Of a stretch of 44,922 nucleotides of DNA, positions 42,010-44,922 are shown piece after piece. The translations under genes and the position numbers were made by a program. This stretch comes from an uncultured Myxococcales bacterium. Its GTDB lineage: Bacteria; Myxococcota; UBA4151. The stretch spans positions 1 through 44,922 of the forward strand of contig CAXGWI010000013.1 of assembly GCA_964013405.1 (NCBI GenBank), written 5' to 3'. The notes under the pieces are model-generated. The model made no database searches. It was not told the DNA's origin and was given only the letters and a program-made list of their open reading frames with translations. Position 1 is the first letter of the stretch, and each line of letters begins with the position of its first letter.

Positions 42010-44687
42010 CGTCGACCCTGCGATGGGCCTTGCTGCTTGGCGGCGGGCTCGGTCTTATCGATGGTCTCTTCGGCCTCTGGCGGAGTGGATTTACCGCCAG
42101 CCACCTCGTTGGTACCCTGGCGATCATCGGTCTACACCAACTGGCGGCTGTCGGTCTCGCCGTTCTTCTGTTCGGTCTACTGGGGTCGGACCGAGAACCC
42201 CTGCGGCAGTGGTGTATCGAACTCTGGCAGCAGCGGGCTGGCAGCCCGCAAGAGAGCGGTAAAACACTAGCCTTCATTCTAGGCCTTGTGATGGCGCCCC
42301 TCTCCCTTGCCGCCGGCGTGAAGGCGCTCATGAGCTTGGAAGGGGCCTTCAAGACGCCGCTCTATGTTGCCCTCGGCCAAGGTTTGGCCCTGGTCGCGGT
42401 GATCGGCCTCATCTGGATTCTGACCCTACGTTGCCAGCGATTCCTGGCCGGCTTGGAGTTCCGTTCGTTCCTTTCAAGGCTACGGATTCTGATCCTCTTG
42501 GTGGTCGTTGGCGGCCTGCTCTATCTGTATCTTTGGTACCAAAGGGATCTTCTCTTTAAAGAGGTGGAGCCATGGCTGCCGCTGGCCCTGATCTTGTTGC
42601 TGGTCGTTAGCCTCGCCGCCCAACTCCTGCCCCTTCAGACCGGTGGGAAGACCGGTCTGATACTTTCCCTGCTCGGGGCTTTGGTCATGGGCTTAGGCAT
42701 CGGCAGCCTGCCCGGGCCCCGCCCACTGGTGGTGGGTGGCGCCCCCCTCGGCAGCCTGCTCGCCGAAGGTCTACGCCAGGCCAGCGATGTGGATCGTGAT
42801 GGTGTGGCTGCCCTGGTGGGCGGGGGGGATTGTGCACCCTTTGATGGCATGATCTTCCCCGGTGCGGTGGACCTCCCCGACGACGGCATCGATCAGGACT
42901 GTCTCGGCGGCGACCTGAAGGAGAGCGTGATCATCCCGCCGAAGCCGCCCCGCTTCGCAAAGATTGCCAAAGAAGCGCGCTCTGAGTTGGTGGTGCTGGT
43001 CTCCATCGATGCCCTACGGGCCGACCGGCTGGGCGCTTATGGTTACAAAAAGCATCCGACCAGTCCCGGGCTCGATGCTTGGGCAAAGAAGGGGGCAATC
43101 TTTGAGAAAGCTTATACCTCGGGCCCCTATACGATCGCGGCCATCCCAGGCCTGCTCACCAGTCGGGGCATCAGCCAAATTCCCAACTATGTCGCAACGA
43201 AGGGGAGTTATCGCCTCGATAAGGAGCTAGAGACGATCGCCGAGGCCTTTAAGGCCGATGGTTTTCGCACGGGGGCCGTCCTGACGGGGATCGATAATGC
43301 CACCAATGATTTTGCCCAAGGCATCCAAGATCTCAACATCATCAGTACCCGTTACCTGGACAGCGCACGAGAAACGGCCGCCGCCGCCCGTCAGTGGCTG
43401 ACGCGTCATCGCACCGGCAAGCGCTTCCTCTGGCTGCATTTCTTCGACCCCCACGACCCCTATCACCCCATATCGGCCTATGACTTCGGTGGTTCAGCCA
43501 GCGCCCGCTACGATGCCTCCATCGCGTACATGGATGAGCACTTAGCGCCCCTGTTAGAAGAACTGTCGGCCCAGCCGCGCACGACCATTGCGGTCATCTC
43601 CGATCATGGGGAGGCTTTTGGTGAGCACGGCGCCCACCATCACGGCATGGATCTCTACATGCCCAATGTGCATGTACCCCTCATCATCCGCAGTGACGGC
43701 TTGAAGCCAAGGCGCTTGAAGTCTGCGGCCAGTTCCTTGGACGTGATGCCCACCCTGCTCAATCTGGCGGGCCTGAAGCCCCGGACCGCCTTTGGTGAGA
43801 GTCTCGTGCCCCTACTCCAAGGTGAGCCTGAGCGGATGGATCGCGGTGTGCTGACAGAGTCCTATCGAGTCGGTCAGATCTTCGCTTGGTCCACCGGGCG
43901 CTACCGTCTCATTTACCGCCTTCATGCGAACCTGTTCGAACTCTACGATCTCTCGGTGGATCCAGGGGAGATGAACAACCTGTATCGACCTGGGACCGAG
44001 TTGAGCGACCGAATGACCATGGAACTCCTCCAGGCCATGAACCAAGGGGTCTATGTTCGTCGGGGGCTGCGGGTGAAAGAAATGCTCGTCGATGAGGTGC
44101 CGGCCGGCCATCGTCTCGAGCAGCCCCAGCGCTTCGGCGATCTGATCACCCTCCATGGTTGGCGCTTCTGGAAGGGTGGCAAGCCCGGCAAGCCCGAGTA
44201 CTTTCTCAGCCTCTTTCTCGAGGCTGACCGGCGACCAACCCTCCCCTGGCGGGTGGCGGTGGGACTGAAGCGAGGGCGCAAAACAGTGAACAAAGATCAC
44301 ATCCCAGGCCGCGGATACTTTCCATTCAATAAATGGCCCCCCGGCGTGCTGGTGGAAGACCGAGTTGTCGTTGGGCGTATGAGCAGACACCCGGCCGGCG
44401 ACTATGAACTGAGCCTGGGCTTCTATCTGGGTAAGGAGCGCCTTTTACCGGCCGCTGACGGGCCGCTGCCCCGCTCGCCCAGTGGCACAAGGGTGATCTT
44501 GTCCACCATCGAAGGGATTAAGCCCTTGAGTTGGTCTCGCCCCCGAAAGAAGCCGAAGGCGAAGACGCCGCTTCAGCCCAAAATGAATCCAAAATTCCCC
44601 GGTAGGGCTGGCTCGGGAAGTGACAAGAAAGTTGATACGCCGGGCTCGGTATTGGATAAGCCCGCGCTAGAGGATGGACCGCCGTGA
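42006..44687 (+). CDS. Membrane-anchored sulfatase-like hydrolase/transferase (893 aa)
   Basis: About 8 N-terminal TM helices, motif DC..D..IFPGA....DGIDQDC, VSIDALRAD, WLHFFDPHDPY, SDHGEAFGEHG, HVPLII and ELYDL..DPGEMNNL. ATGA overlap with the GT gene. Confidence 0.85.
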   Translation: MTSTLRWALLLGGGLGLIDGLFGLWRSGFTASHLVGTLAIIGLHQLAAVGLAVLLFGLLGSDREPLRQWCIELWQQRAGSPQESGKTLAFILGLVMAPLSLAAGVKALMSLEGAFKTPLYVALGQGLALVAVIGLIWILTLRCQRFLAGLEFRSFLSRLRILILLVVVGGLLYLYLWYQRDLLFKEVEPWLPLALILLLVVSLAAQLLPLQTGGKTGLILSLLGALVMGLGIGSLPGPRPLVVGGAPLGSLLAEGLRQASDVDRDGVAALVGGGDCAPFDGMIFPGAVDLPDDGIDQDCLGGDLKESVIIPPKPPRFAKIAKEARSELVVLVSIDALRADRLGAYGYKKHPTSPGLDAWAKKGAIFEKAYTSGPYTIAAIPGLLTSRGISQIPNYVATKGSYRLDKELETIAEAFKADGFRTGAVLTGIDNATNDFAQGIQDLNIISTRYLDSARETAAAARQWLTRHRTGKRFLWLHFFDPHDPYHPISAYDFGGSASARYDASIAYMDEHLAPLLEELSAQPRTTIAVISDHGEAFGEHGAHHHGMDLYMPNVHVPLIIRSDGLKPRRLKSAASSLDVMPTLLNLAGLKPRTAFGESLVPLLQGEPERMDRGVLTESYRVGQIFAWSTGRYRLIYRLHANLFELYDLSVDPGEMNNLYRPGTELSDRMTMELLQAMNQGVYVRRGLRVKEMLVDEVPAGHRLEQPQRFGDLITLHGWRFWKGGKPGKPEYFLSLFLEADRRPTLPWRVAVGLKRGRKTVNKDHIPGRGYFPFNKWPPGVLVEDRVVVGRMSRHPAGDYELSLGFYLGKERLLPAADGPLPRSPSGTRVILSTIEGIKPLSWSRPRKKPKAKTPLQPKMNPKFPGRAGSGSDKKVDTPGSVLDKPALEDGPP

Positions 44688-44922
44688 GCGATGCGACTGA
44701 AGACTACTATGATCGTTTCGCCGAGCGATACGACCGACGACGCGGCGGCGGTTATCATGCCTGGCTAGATGACCGGCAAGCGGCCTTGGTTCGTCGCCAC
44801 GCCCAGGGCGGGCGATTGTTGGAGGTCGGCTGTGGGACCGGCCTGGTTCTTGAGCGCTTAAAAGGCGACTTCGACGAGGTGGTTGGCATCGACTTGAGTG
44901 AAGGCATGCTGGAGCGAGCCCG
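44684..44922 (+). CDS. Class I SAM-dependent methyltransferase, 3'-truncated
   Basis: Not in the ORF track. Manual translation from GTG 44684 gives MSDATEDYYDRFAERYD...LLEVGCGTG...VVGIDLSEGMLERA. GTGA overlap with the upstream gene. Confidence 0.88.
   Translation, partial: MSDATEDYYDRFAERYDRRRGGGYHAWLDDRQAALVRRHAQGGRLLEVGCGTGLVLERLKGDFDEVVGIDLSEGMLERA

Overview
GC-rich, gene-dense bacterial chromosomal segment (about 31 CDS and one tRNA). It looks Myxococcota-like, inferred from four Cys-rich CGDG/CDDGN-repeat (DUF4215-type) genes, a MYXO-CTERM-like sorting tail and about 11 predicted lipoproteins. From left to right: the 3' part of an iterative PUFA-synthase-type locus (PfaA-like ACP-ACP-KR-DH, then a fused KS-CLF-AT-DH protein); mmsA-hydA; a long stretch dominated by exported Cys-rich proteins, interleaved with DksA/TraR-PrsW, yaiI, an orphan DNA methyltransferase, msrBA and arsC-pqiA; an initiator tRNA-fMet; a catalytically degenerate GH1-fold gene; a YHYH lipoprotein; and a glycosyltransferase / sulfatase-like / methyltransferase operon. 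The most notable pattern is four paralogous lipoproteins that share a Cys/Asp repeat stalk but end in four unrelated C-terminal tip domains, a candidate modular surface-protein system. I saw no mobile element, CRISPR array or rRNA. All family calls come from motif recognition by eye, with no database searches.
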